A stretch of 62,917 nucleotides of DNA, counting the filler, from Choristocarpus tenellus KU-1152 (Eukaryota; Protista; Phaeophyceae): assembly GCA_964200185.2 (NCBI GenBank). It is 9 parts of 9 records of this genome, joined end to end, with 100 filler letters (N's around TTAATTAATTAA, not from the genome) between each part and the next. Parts side by side here need not be neighbours in the genome. Positions count along the whole stretch, not along the records: positions 57,326 to 62,917 come from CAXNAD020010313.1; 8 more parts are not named here. One strand, 5' to 3'. A program made the translations under genes and the position numbers. Below are positions 62,760-62,917 of this stretch, piece by piece (the stretch's first letter is position 1; every line of letters begins with the position of its first letter). The notes under the pieces were generated by a model. That model was not told the origin of the DNA. It saw only the letters and a program-made list of their open reading frames with translations, and made no database searches.

Positions 62760-62917
62760 GGCTCAAAGTATCTGGGAAGGGGTGGCGGCTGTCCATTTTG
62801 GGTTAATTTTTTCTTATCGCAATTTTTGGGTGATTTGGTTGCATACGTCGGATGGATAACGTAAACGCACTTTCCCGATTTTGCCCCAAATGGACACCCT
62901 GGTGTAGAACCCCCCCC
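62760..62917 (-). mobile_element. MITE family A, truncated by window end
   Basis: GGCTCAAAGTATCTGGG terminus and family A body ending in the C tract. Confidence 0.82.

Overview
Eukaryotic, intron-rich draft genomic DNA, probably a brown alga or related stramenopile (inference from gene structure and element types). The window is not contiguous: nine contigs are joined by eight artificial 100-nt spacers (N44-TTAATTAATTAA-N44). Contig 1 holds complete head-to-head nuclear genes for mitochondrial F1 ATP synthase beta (10 exons, minus) and delta (5 exons, plus), with start codons 460 bp apart. Beta has two GC-AG introns, and one of them holds a tandem pair of box C/D snoRNAs carrying an snR58/SNORD104-type LSU guide. 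Delta intron 1 holds a structured ~205-nt orphan C/D RNA candidate. Other contigs contain decayed Ty1/copia and Ty3/gypsy elements, the 3' end of a SWEET transporter, an EMAP-II/Arc1p-type tRNA-binding domain gene, a TP53I11-like membrane protein, unknown gene fragments and an intron-containing, decayed Sola-like (DUF7869-type) transposase. Two MITE families (14 copies) share a 14-bp TIR core, a subterminal GTCCATTTGG motif and 4-bp target-site duplications, which together suggest a Sola2-like transposon system. All exon models were read by eye and no database searches were run.
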